Source: an uncultured Acidobacteriota bacterium (GTDB taxonomy: Bacteria > Acidobacteriota > Thermoanaerobaculia > Multivoradales > JAHEKO01). Taken from it: 64,000 bases of DNA. The notes beneath the pieces were generated by a model. That model saw only the letters and a program-made list of their open reading frames with translations, did not search any database and was not told where the DNA came from. The stretch spans positions 576,001 through 640,000 of the forward strand of contig CAVQNG010000025.1 of assembly GCA_963713825.1 (NCBI GenBank). The letters run 5' to 3'. Of this stretch, positions 38,377 to 46,966 are shown piece by piece (position 1 is the stretch's first letter; every line of letters begins with the position of its first letter). Made by a program: the position numbers and the translations under genes.

Positions 38377-39777
38377 ATGAACCTCGAACAACTGCTCAAA
38401 TTCGTCACCGAGAAGGGCGCCTCGGATCTTCATCTGAAGCCGATGCGTCCGCCCATGCTGCGGATTCACGGGCGCCTGATTCCGATCGAGGCCGAGCCCC
38501 TGAAGCCGGAGAAGATCAAAGAGATGCTGCTGCCGATTTTGACCCCGCAGCAGAAGGCCAAGCTGGACGAGACTCTGGCCGTGGATCTGGGCTATGGGGT
38601 CAGGGGTCTGGCACGTTTCCGCGGCAACATCTACATGCAACGTGGCACCCTGGCGGCCGCTTTTCGACGCATTCCGTACGACATCCTCGGCGTCGACGAA
38701 CTGGATTTGCCCGAGGTCCTCTACGAATTCTGCGACCTACCCATGGGCCTGGTCCTGGTCACCGGACCGACAGGTAGCGGCAAGTCCACGACACTTGCCG
38801 CCATGGTCAAGAGGATCACAGCACGGCGCCCGGTGCATCTTCTAACCATCGAGGACCCCATCGAATTCCTCTTTGGAGACGACGTCGCGTCCATCGCACA
38901 GCGGGAGGTCGGGACGGACACGGTCTCTTTTGCCGAGGCGCTGCGCAACGCCATGCGACAGGATCCCGACGTCATCATGGTTGGCGAGATGCGCGATCCT
39001 GAAACCGTCTCGACGGTGCTGACGGCGGCGGAGACGGGGCACCTGGTTTTCTCCACACTCCATACCAACAGCGCCTCCCAGACCATCGATCGAATCCTCG
39101 ACACGTTCTCCGGTGATAGCCAGAAGCAGGCTCGGGTGCAGCTCACACAGGTACTCAAAGGGGTTGTCTCGATGCAGTTGGTCGAGCGCCAGGACGGCCA
39201 GGGTCTGGTGGCGGCCATGGAGATCATGCGGGCCACCCCTCGGATCTGCGAGCTGATTGACAGGGGTGAGACGGCAAAGCTCATGGAGGAGATGGAGTCT
39301 TCGGTTTCGTTCTTCCGAATGCAGTCCATGAACCAGTCGTTGCTGGCCCTCCTGGTTCACGGCACGATCACCTATGCCGAGGCGATGAGGAACTCTTCCG
39401 ACCCCGAGGACCTCTCATTGAAAATGCGCAAGATGTTCCCGGCCATCGAGGAACGAGGAGGCGATATGAGCCCGACAACGTCGGATTTCTCTCAGATCAT
39501 GGAGCTGCAGCAGTACCGCAAGCTGTACGAAGAGCAGGAGGAGAAATTCAAGATCCGCCTGGCCGAGAAGGAGTCGGAGATCACCAAGCTCGACCATTCG
39601 GTGGCCGATCGGGACCATGACATTCAGGAGCTCAAGGAGCAGGCCGAGGAGATGGAGCGGCAGACCGAAAAGCTGCGCAATGAGTACTCGAGACTGCGCA
39701 AGGAAGCTCAGGAGAAGATCGACAAGCTCTCCGAGCGAATCAAAGAGCTCAACCAACGCCTCATGAACTCTCGCTGA
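38377..39777 (+). CDS. PilT/PilU-family type IV pilus retraction ATPase with a C-terminal coiled-coil extension
   Basis: ASDLHL, Walker A GPTGSGKSTT, Asp box TIEDPIE, Walker B RQDPDVIMVGEMRD, His box GHLVFSTLHT. Confidence 0.9.
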   Translation: MNLEQLLKFVTEKGASDLHLKPMRPPMLRIHGRLIPIEAEPLKPEKIKEMLLPILTPQQKAKLDETLAVDLGYGVRGLARFRGNIYMQRGTLAAAFRRIPYDILGVDELDLPEVLYEFCDLPMGLVLVTGPTGSGKSTTLAAMVKRITARRPVHLLTIEDPIEFLFGDDVASIAQREVGTDTVSFAEALRNAMRQDPDVIMVGEMRDPETVSTVLTAAETGHLVFSTLHTNSASQTIDRILDTFSGDSQKQARVQLTQVLKGVVSMQLVERQDGQGLVAAMEIMRATPRICELIDRGETAKLMEEMESSVSFFRMQSMNQSLLALLVHGTITYAEAMRNSSDPEDLSLKMRKMFPAIEERGGDMSPTTSDFSQIMELQQYRKLYEEQEEKFKIRLAEKESEITKLDHSVADRDHDIQELKEQAEEMERQTEKLRNEYSRLRKEAQEKIDKLSERIKELNQRLMNSR

Positions 39778-39828
39778 ATGCGAGCTCGGGGTGTCCGGCC
39801 CTCGGGGTCCTGGGCTCCCGCTCTAGAA

Positions 39829-41139
39829 TCAACTCTTTGTACCAGATCTGTGGAGGGCGAATTCCCTCGCTAGGGCCAGTGCGTCGTCGCGGGTGGAGAT
39901 ACCACCTTCGACTTGACGGCGCTCTATGGTTGCAAGGATCTGGCCAAGCATCCGACCCTCCGGGATGTCGAGATGATCGATCAGATCTCTGGCTGAGAGC
40001 AGTGGTTCGGGGTCGAAGATCTCTGCACCGGAGTCGCGACACAGTGCATCGAGACCGTCCAGATACCCGCGGAAGGCTGCCTCAGTCTGGAAACTCGGGT
40101 CGCGAGCGGCGAGAAAACAGGTCACGGTGGGCCACAGGCTGCCACTTCGATGCAGGTACCAGCGCTGGCTCACGGTGTCGAGAGGCAGAGCGAGCCAGCC
40201 GAGGAGTTGGTGCAGTTTCTTGCTGGTGGCCCTGGTCAGTAGCCCCTTCTGTCGAGCGCTCTCGACGGTTTCGGTAGCCGACTGTTCCTGGTCAGACACC
40301 AGCTGATCGAACAAGATAGCCTGCCGTGCGATTGCCCTGTCGGCGCGATCGCCAGCCAGGTCGAGGAATAGCTCCAGGTGGTGCAGTCGGTTGATCAGGC
40401 CAGCCGCATCCTCGAGCTGGCCAAACCCAGTTCGGGGCTGCCAGAGACCTGGATAGAGTGCCAATCGGACGAGGAGATCGGCCGAAGTCAGGAAGTCGGG
40501 AAGCTCCAGAAGAGTCTCCAACTCGACTCGAATGCGCTCGCCTGCGACCTTCACGAGATCTGCTGCGGAGTCGGAGGCCAACTCCAACGTTGGCTCGAGA
40601 GTCTTGAATCCGGGGAGCTGACCCGCGAAACGAGCCAGGCGAAGCACTCGCAGTGGGTCGCTGGAGAAACTGGTTTCGGAAGTGGCTCGAAGGAGCCTGC
40701 TAGCGAGATCCGTGAGACCAAGAAAGGGATCGACGACGACTCCACTGGAAATCTCGACGGCAAACGAATGGATGGTCAGGTCGCGACGAGCCAGATCGAC
40801 TGCCAATGGAACTCCCCGCCGATCCCAGAGATCCAGCGTCAGGTCGTGGGCAACCAGTCGATAGGCCGCAAAACGGTCCCCTCCCAACTCGACCAGTCGG
40901 GCCGGCAGGCTCGAGGCGAGTCGTTGGGCGATGGACAGGCCGTCGCTCTCGACAACCAGATCCAGGTCGCGATACCCGAGGCCCAGAGCGGTATCCCGCA
41001 AGGCGCCGCCGACCAAATGACAGGCAGTGGTGCCAGCTGCCTCCGCCATCAGCTTGAGAGGGCGTTGCTGCAACAGAATGGCAAAGGATGCCGCCTGATC
41101 GGCGCTATGCTGAGGCGGGTCCGTCTCTGGTCGGGTCAT
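39829..41139 (-). CDS. Class II tRNA nucleotidyltransferase / poly(A) polymerase family protein, probably CC-adding type
   Basis: Motif A LVGGALRD...DLD, motif B DLARRDLTI, VDPFLG, DPLRVLR; C-terminal PLLSARDL tail; start uncertain. Confidence 0.85.
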   Translation of the reverse strand: MTRPETDPPQHSADQAASFAILLQQRPLKLMAEAAGTTACHLVGGALRDTALGLGYRDLDLVVESDGLSIAQRLASSLPARLVELGGDRFAAYRLVAHDLTLDLWDRRGVPLAVDLARRDLTIHSFAVEISSGVVVDPFLGLTDLASRLLRATSETSFSSDPLRVLRLARFAGQLPGFKTLEPTLELASDSAADLVKVAGERIRVELETLLELPDFLTSADLLVRLALYPGLWQPRTGFGQLEDAAGLINRLHHLELFLDLAGDRADRAIARQAILFDQLVSDQEQSATETVESARQKGLLTRATSKKLHQLLGWLALPLDTVSQRWYLHRSGSLWPTVTCFLAARDPSFQTEAAFRGYLDGLDALCRDSGAEIFDPEPLLSARDLIDHLDIPEGRMLGQILATIERRQVEGGISTRDDALALAREFALHRSGTKS

Positions 41140-41258
41140 GGCGAAATGCGATCGGCAGTGACCTGTGGAAGTCGCCTGTTGCCTTGCCTGGCTGTCAACA
41201 CTAAAATTTAACTTTAACAAATGGCTATAACTACCGACGAATCAAGGGGAATTTTGCT

Positions 41259-43007
41259 TTGACGAAAAGCCTGAGAGTGCTGGTGGCAGGATTGTTCTGC
41301 CTCCTCGCTCTGGGACCCCCCGTGGTGGCCGAGGACTCCGAGCCAGAGCCAGCGACGCTGCGGGTCCACCTTCGCGATGGCTCGGTAGCCGTATTGACCG
41401 AGAGCCAGGATCTCTATCTCGAGGCCTCGCCGAGAAGGGGCGAAGGGCTGCTGAGCTTCAGCCGTCGATTCTGCTCGAACGAGGACGCGGCCTCGATGGT
41501 CGCGGCAGAGAACGGCGGCTCTCAGAAACTCCTGGCAGGGATTCGCTACCGAATTCCCTTCGCAGCACTCGACAGTACGTATCAGGTGCAGATCGTGGTC
41601 GGTTTGTTCGAGGACGACAGGGCTGTCGCTGAAGGCTGGCAGCATCGGGTGCACAGCGCCAATGGGCACTCGAGGGAGAGTCTTTGGAATGTCGCGGAGT
41701 GGTTCACCGGGCAAGGTGACAACTACCGGGTGATTCGGGAAAGCAACCAGCTCGATGATGACGATCTGACTCCCGGCCAGGTAATCCTCGTCCCGGCACA
41801 TCTACTGCGCCCGTCTTTGCGCGCCGCATTGCCACCCAGCTCGCCGTACCATCTCGGATACGCCGCTGACCAGGAGGGTGAGTTCGCCATCTATCGGTTG
41901 AAACCTGGAGAGGCGCTCTATTCGAGCGTGGTGGTGCGTTTTACCGGACGAGTTTTCGCTGAGGATGTCAACGCCCTGGCGCAGGAGGTAGCCAAGAGGA
42001 GCGGGATTCGAGATGTGACGGACATCCCCATCGGCTATGAAGTGAAGGTTCCTTTCAGCTTGCTCTTGCCCGAGTATCTGCCTGCCGGACATCCCGAGCG
42101 CCAGGAGTACGAGCAAGGACTGATGGCTAGCGCCCAGTTCAGCAACGCGGTGACGGCGAGCCGGCTAGCGGGCGTCACCGTAGTCCTGGATGCGGGGCAT
42201 GGCGGCAAGGATGTCGGGGCATCGGTGTCGGGGGTCTGGGAGAGTCTCTACGTCTACGACATCATGGTGCGGGCCATGAAGCTCCTCGAAGGCAGTACCG
42301 CTGCCACGGTCATCGCTACGACTCAGGACGGTCGCGCTCACACCGCCTCGCAGCGAGATCAACTTCCCTATTCAAAGGGTCATCGGGTGCTGACGACCCC
42401 GAACTACCAGATCGAAGACTCGCGGGTCGGGGTGCACCTGCGGTGGTACCTGTCCAACAGCATCTACAGGCAGGCGGTCGAGAACGGTGGCGATCCTGAC
42501 AAGGTGGTGTTCGTCTCCATTCACGCCGATTCCTTGCATTCGTCCCTGCGGGGAGCCATGGTGTACATACCCGGCGCCAAGTATCGGTCAGGCACGTACG
42601 GCAAGAGTGGAGCCGTCTACGCTTCGCGACGGGAGGTCAAGGAGCGCCCCCAGGTGACCTATTCGAGTCGCGAGCGAGTCAAGAGTGAAGGACTGTCGAG
42701 AGAGCTGGCCTCGAACATCCTGGGAGCCTTTCACGATCGGGGCCTGGCAGTTCATCCGGACAAACCTGTCCGTGAGAAGGTCATCCGCCAGCGTCGAGCT
42801 TGGGTTCCCGCGGTTCTGCGGTACAACGCCATCCCGGCACAGGTTCTGCTGGAGGTCTGCAATCTGGCAAATTCCCAGGATCGCAAGCTCATACAGACTG
42901 CGGAGTTTCGCCAGCAGGTGGCTAAAGCAGTCGTTAGCGGAATCCTCAGCTACTATGGCCAGGCCGAGGGCGATGACTCTCAGCGGGTCGCGGTGGCTGG
43001 CCGTTAG
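41259..43007 (+). CDS. Secreted N-acetylmuramoyl-L-alanine amidase (Amidase_3) with LysM-like repeats
   Basis: Signal peptide; LysM-like ESLWNVAEWF...LTPGQVILVP; Zn ligands in VLDAGHGG, WES, SIHAD and VLLEV. Confidence 0.85.
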   Translation: MTKSLRVLVAGLFCLLALGPPVVAEDSEPEPATLRVHLRDGSVAVLTESQDLYLEASPRRGEGLLSFSRRFCSNEDAASMVAAENGGSQKLLAGIRYRIPFAALDSTYQVQIVVGLFEDDRAVAEGWQHRVHSANGHSRESLWNVAEWFTGQGDNYRVIRESNQLDDDDLTPGQVILVPAHLLRPSLRAALPPSSPYHLGYAADQEGEFAIYRLKPGEALYSSVVVRFTGRVFAEDVNALAQEVAKRSGIRDVTDIPIGYEVKVPFSLLLPEYLPAGHPERQEYEQGLMASAQFSNAVTASRLAGVTVVLDAGHGGKDVGASVSGVWESLYVYDIMVRAMKLLEGSTAATVIATTQDGRAHTASQRDQLPYSKGHRVLTTPNYQIEDSRVGVHLRWYLSNSIYRQAVENGGDPDKVVFVSIHADSLHSSLRGAMVYIPGAKYRSGTYGKSGAVYASRREVKERPQVTYSSRERVKSEGLSRELASNILGAFHDRGLAVHPDKPVREKVIRQRRAWVPAVLRYNAIPAQVLLEVCNLANSQDRKLIQTAEFRQQVAKAVVSGILSYYGQAEGDDSQRVAVAGR

Positions 43008-43017
43008 GGCCGTTGCG

Positions 43018-43046
43018 GGAACTTTCGCCCCTCGATCGGGGTCCCA
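43018..43046 (+). promoter_or_regulatory. Putative ECF-sigma (RpoE-like) autoregulatory promoter
   Basis: GGAACT-N17-GTCC immediately upstream of the ECF sigma gene. Confidence 0.55.
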
Positions 43047-43099
43047 TTGTCCAGAGGCGGGTTGGCAGGATCGGGTCACAGCCCGCCCGCGGGAGACCC

Positions 43100-43702
43100 A
43101 TGAAAGCTGCTGTCCTCATGGCGAAAGCAACGGGTGATACCGATCTGGAGCTTGTCGAGCTCCACCGTTACGGCGATCCAGCGGCATTCGAGGAGATCTA
43201 CAGGCGTCACGCAGAGATGGTCTTCAATGTGGCTCTTCGCATGACGGGTGACGCCGAGGAAGCCGCCGACGTTTCGCAGGAGACATTTCTGAGGGTGCAC
43301 CGCTACTGTGCTCGGTTTCGCGGGCGTTCTAGCCTCAAGACATGGATCTACCGGGTCACCGTCAACTGTTGCCGGAGTCGATATCGGAAGAACCAGTCCT
43401 GGAAGAATAGATTCTTGTCGGGTTCACTGGAGAAGGTGGAACAGCTGCCGGATACCCGCCGGGGACCGGAGGACCGCACGCTGGCCCGTGATCGGGGTGA
43501 CGTAGTCATGCAGTCTCTGCGGCGCCTTCCCGAGCCCTTTCGTGAGGCCGTGGTCCTGCGTGACCTCGAAGGTCTCAGCTACGAGGAGATTGCGGGTGTG
43601 CTCGGAGTCAGGATCGGCACCGTACGTTCGAGAATCGCTCGGGGTCGAGATCGACTGCGGATCCTGCTGGAGAGTTCAAAGTCATGCGACACGCATCGAT
43701 AG
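43100..43702 (+). CDS. ECF-type RNA polymerase sigma factor
   Basis: AFEEIY, AADVSQETF, FRGRSSLKTWIYRV, LSYEEIA..LGVRIGTVRSRIARGR; start 43100 or 43118. Confidence 0.93.
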   Translation: MKAAVLMAKATGDTDLELVELHRYGDPAAFEEIYRRHAEMVFNVALRMTGDAEEAADVSQETFLRVHRYCARFRGRSSLKTWIYRVTVNCCRSRYRKNQSWKNRFLSGSLEKVEQLPDTRRGPEDRTLARDRGDVVMQSLRRLPEPFREAVVLRDLEGLSYEEIAGVLGVRIGTVRSRIARGRDRLRILLESSKSCDTHR

Positions 43703-44400
43703 AAGTGCTGTCAAGCTATCTGGATGGTGAGCTGACGTCGGATCGTCGGCGACAGGTCGAGCTACACCTAGATGAGTGCCAGGAATGTCGCCATCGACTC
43801 GAGGGGCTGCATGGTGTCGTTGAGAACCTCGAGAGATTGGGACGAATCTCGCCGGCACCTTTTCTCGAGCGGCAGGTGCTACACAGTGCCGCAACCAGCG
43901 CGTACCCTCAGAGCCTGATGGATCGCCTGGAGAAGGGTGCCTCACGGCTGCACATCGAGCGCTGGGTATGGATGCCGACGTTCGGCATGGTCATCGCTCT
44001 GGTATCGATCATCTACCTGTTCTCTTGGGGGCTCGAACGGCGGAATCATGGTCTGCCGGTTGTCTTCAACGACGAGACGCCAGAGGTGAAGAGTGCAGAC
44101 AACCTCGGGTCCCCTCAGCGTCTGCGGCAAGAGTCGATGCTGGGCGAGGCACCGGATGAGGCGCTGTCGCCTCGGACTGCCCAAGTCGGAGACCGGTCCT
44201 TCGAGCTCGTGGACGGTCTGTGGATCGAGAAGGGGGTGGATCCGAGGGCGCCGTCGATGTCCGTGGACCCTGTCGAAACGGGCGCACCAGAGTGGTTGGA
44301 GCAGTTGCCGAATCTGGCCGAGCTAGAACGCCTCGGCGGCCCTGTCCGCCTACGAATCGGCGATCGGTTGGTCCAGCTCGAGTTCAATCGGGGGGAGTAG
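43684..44400 (+). CDS. Zinc-finger (ZAS / zf-HC2) transmembrane anti-sigma factor
   Basis: LSSYLDGEL...HLDECQEC (HxxxCxxC), one TM helix, overlaps the sigma gene. Confidence 0.85.
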   Translation: MRHASIEVLSSYLDGELTSDRRRQVELHLDECQECRHRLEGLHGVVENLERLGRISPAPFLERQVLHSAATSAYPQSLMDRLEKGASRLHIERWVWMPTFGMVIALVSIIYLFSWGLERRNHGLPVVFNDETPEVKSADNLGSPQRLRQESMLGEAPDEALSPRTAQVGDRSFELVDGLWIEKGVDPRAPSMSVDPVETGAPEWLEQLPNLAELERLGGPVRLRIGDRLVQLEFNRGE

Positions 44401-44464
44401 GCGACCGACCCGCTCGTCTCCCGCTGTCAGGAGATGGGCGCCCGTGGTCGGTGGGGGAGTCGAC

Positions 44465-46540
44465 CTAGCTTCGAGTCCCGACCTGCTTCAGCTCGTACTT
44501 CTTACCCTCGATCACCACGTCGTCTCCCACCCTGCTACCCAGAAGGGACTGCCCCAGCTCGGAGTCATAGGAGATGATGTCCTTCTCGGGGGCGCTTTCC
44601 CACGGTCCTAGGATCGTCAGGGATCGGTCATCCCCGTCGGCGGACTGGAGCAAGAGTGTGCTACCGATTCGAACTTCAGAGGAATCGATGCTGGAGGGAT
44701 CGAAGGTTCGCACGCGACCCAGGTCCCCTTTGAGTGCCTCGACGCGAGCTGAAAGATACTCATGTCTCTGTCGGGCCGACTTGTACTCGAAATTCTCCCT
44801 CAGGTCTCCCATCGCCCGAGCCTCTTCGATGGCACGCCGATTGGCCGGAATCTCTTCGTCCAGCAACTTCTTGAGCTCTCGCCGACGGGATTCGATGGAT
44901 TCCGCCGTGGCATACAGAGGGATCTCGAGATCCGGGCGGAGAGCTGGAAACCGCAAATGCAGGGCATTGATGAGAGGTTCCCGTAGGTAGTCTTCGAGCG
45001 CCGCTCTCTCGATCGCCTTCTCGGCCTGGGTCGCCTGATCCGGAGTGAGCTGGGAGAGCAGATGAGGCAGTGAGCCGCCGGTTTCGAACAACTTCGTCAG
45101 CCTGACGCGATAGGGAGTGAACTCGGGCCAGTGAAGGGCCGAGATGATGAGCTGAATCAAGCGCAGCGAATTGCGGTCGCCGAACTGCGACTCCGACTCC
45201 GCATTCTCGGCCAGCCAGACGAAGGCTGCCGGCATCGGCCGCGGCTTGCTGATGAGATCGTCGATGAAAGCTTGGAGATGATCGTTCTCCTCGGCTTCCA
45301 TCGACTGGGCGAGGAAATTGAGGAGACGCGTGTCGTCTTCTCTCCCGAGCTGAGCTCGAAAGATCGCTCCCCAATCCGCTCTGCAAGCACGAGTCTGCTG
45401 TAGGGCCTGCTCTCTGAGAGCGCGATCCTCGATCCCGGAGACCAGGTCGGCTGGATTCGGGCTGGCTTCGAGAATCGAAGTCGGTGAGCCGTCCCCGGAA
45501 GGCGTTGCTGCCGCCTTGTCGAGCGCCAGAGCGACCGCCAAAGCAGTCGAGGGGTCCTTGGTCAGGGACTCATCGACGAGGCTTTGAAGTTCGGAGACCA
45601 TGGCCGCTTTGAGCTCTTCGGAACGACCGGAGTTCCTCCGGAAGAGCTCGATCTTCTGGGCTGGATCGGCAGCGGAAAAATCCCGCTTCATCGACTCGAT
45701 GGCATCGGCGTCGCTCGCCGCCCAGCCATAGCTCTGGCGGCTCCCAGATCCCTCGGTGAGGATCTGCGGATGCTTGCGAGCCGCCGACCACCAGGATGTC
45801 CATTCGGCGTCGGTGACGATGCCGGTCAGCACCCGCTTGATGTCTCCTGCCGAACGAGGTTCTGGATAGCTGCGCAGGAGGGCCAGCAGGAGCTCGCCGG
45901 GATTCTCATCCTTGAGCTGCAGAAGCTCACCGGGATTTTCTAGCTTGCGGCGTAGAATGTGGCCGGCTGGCAGCGGGTGCAGAAGCTTGGCGGCGGCCCG
46001 GAAGCCAACTCTCAAGCCTGGTTGGTGTTCGAGGTCGACCTTGAAATTGTCGAGCTCGAGGTTGACCTCGATCACCCGGCCGGCGCCCTTGCCCTCCATC
46101 CAGACCGGTGCTCCGACTTCGAATTGCAGGATCCGCCGCAGTCTGTCGACCTTGGTCCAGGTCTTCGGAATGTCTTCCCTGGCCTTCAGCAGCCCCACCT
46201 TCTCGATTACGCCTTCCAGGCTTGGAGAGTTCTCATAGAGCTGGCGAACCGTTTCCAGTATGGCGTCGTGGAGCTGAGTCGCGTCGGGATAGAGCCAGTC
46301 CAGCCCACGCAGGACCTCGAGCCGGGTAGACCAGTCGCCAGTCTCTCGTATTCGATCTTCCAGAAGCTCGATCAGGAATGTTGCACGATCCTGCTCATCG
46401 GCTGCGACGAGGGCCTGCGCTACCGCGACGAAGAACTCGTGATCGGTTGGCTGATCGGCGAGTCGCTCGAGCCAACGATCCTCGATGGGATCGAACTCTC
46501 CCTCGTCGATGAGCTGCTGGATTTCTGCTGTATCACTCAT
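44465..46540 (-). CDS. Large GreA/GreB-family transcript cleavage factor with a ~530-aa N-terminal extension
   Basis: C-terminal ~155 aa carry EARAMGDLRENFEY and ISYDSELGQSLLG (GreA signatures). Confidence 0.85.
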   Translation of the reverse strand: MSDTAEIQQLIDEGEFDPIEDRWLERLADQPTDHEFFVAVAQALVAADEQDRATFLIELLEDRIRETGDWSTRLEVLRGLDWLYPDATQLHDAILETVRQLYENSPSLEGVIEKVGLLKAREDIPKTWTKVDRLRRILQFEVGAPVWMEGKGAGRVIEVNLELDNFKVDLEHQPGLRVGFRAAAKLLHPLPAGHILRRKLENPGELLQLKDENPGELLLALLRSYPEPRSAGDIKRVLTGIVTDAEWTSWWSAARKHPQILTEGSGSRQSYGWAASDADAIESMKRDFSAADPAQKIELFRRNSGRSEELKAAMVSELQSLVDESLTKDPSTALAVALALDKAAATPSGDGSPTSILEASPNPADLVSGIEDRALREQALQQTRACRADWGAIFRAQLGREDDTRLLNFLAQSMEAEENDHLQAFIDDLISKPRPMPAAFVWLAENAESESQFGDRNSLRLIQLIISALHWPEFTPYRVRLTKLFETGGSLPHLLSQLTPDQATQAEKAIERAALEDYLREPLINALHLRFPALRPDLEIPLYATAESIESRRRELKKLLDEEIPANRRAIEEARAMGDLRENFEYKSARQRHEYLSARVEALKGDLGRVRTFDPSSIDSSEVRIGSTLLLQSADGDDRSLTILGPWESAPEKDIISYDSELGQSLLGSRVGDDVVIEGKKYELKQVGTRS

Positions 46541-46765
46541 GTCGGGCGGGGATTGTATACCAGGCCGCCGGAGTGGGCGGCCTGGGGGTTGAGACGGCCG
46601 ATCGAACCAGGGATCTCCCCCGTCTGCGGCCTCACCCGACCATGCCCCTCCGACGAGGGAGACCCATGGCCCGATCTACCACCTGCGAGATACATCAATA
46701 ATCGGATTGCTGACTCACTCCCTACGCCCTTAAGCCCCTTAGCCCCTGCTACCCTCACCGGTGCC

Positions 46766-46878
46766 AGAGGCTCGTCCGGGTGGCTCGACAGGGGGCCGTG
46801 ACGAGACGAGGCGGCGGCCCCCCGTCGCAGTCTGAGTAGCCGGCGCTGTCCCCCTGCGGGCCACCCGGACGAGCCTCT
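46766..46878 (+). ncRNA. Candidate structured non-coding RNA, 113-nt rod (family unassigned)
   Basis: Perfect 19-bp terminal inverted repeat extending to a ~28-bp stem; inner hairpin GCGGCGG-CCCC-CCGUCGC; G-U pairs favour the + strand; extended -10 TGcTACCCT at 46747-46755. Confidence 0.55.
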
Positions 46879-46966
46879 CAGAGAAGAGAGTCATGCGCGC
46901 AGGATCCGACTGACCAGACCCTGTTCCACAGCGGTCGGTCGGCCGAGGAGTTAGAGTAACTGGCCG

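Noticed and set aside
46575-46625. T-loop-like GGTTCGATC on the - strand upstream of greA, suggesting a tRNA fragment or att site
   Set aside because: No T-stem closure, D-arm or acceptor stem can be formed, and no integrase is nearby.
46766-46878. Identification of the rod RNA as SRP 4.5S RNA, tmRNA or a MITE
   Set aside because: It has no GNRA-capped helix with the CAGG/AGCAG symmetric loop on either strand, no tRNA-like ends or tag ORF, no target-site duplication, and no second copy seen in the window. Kept as an unassigned ncRNA candidate.
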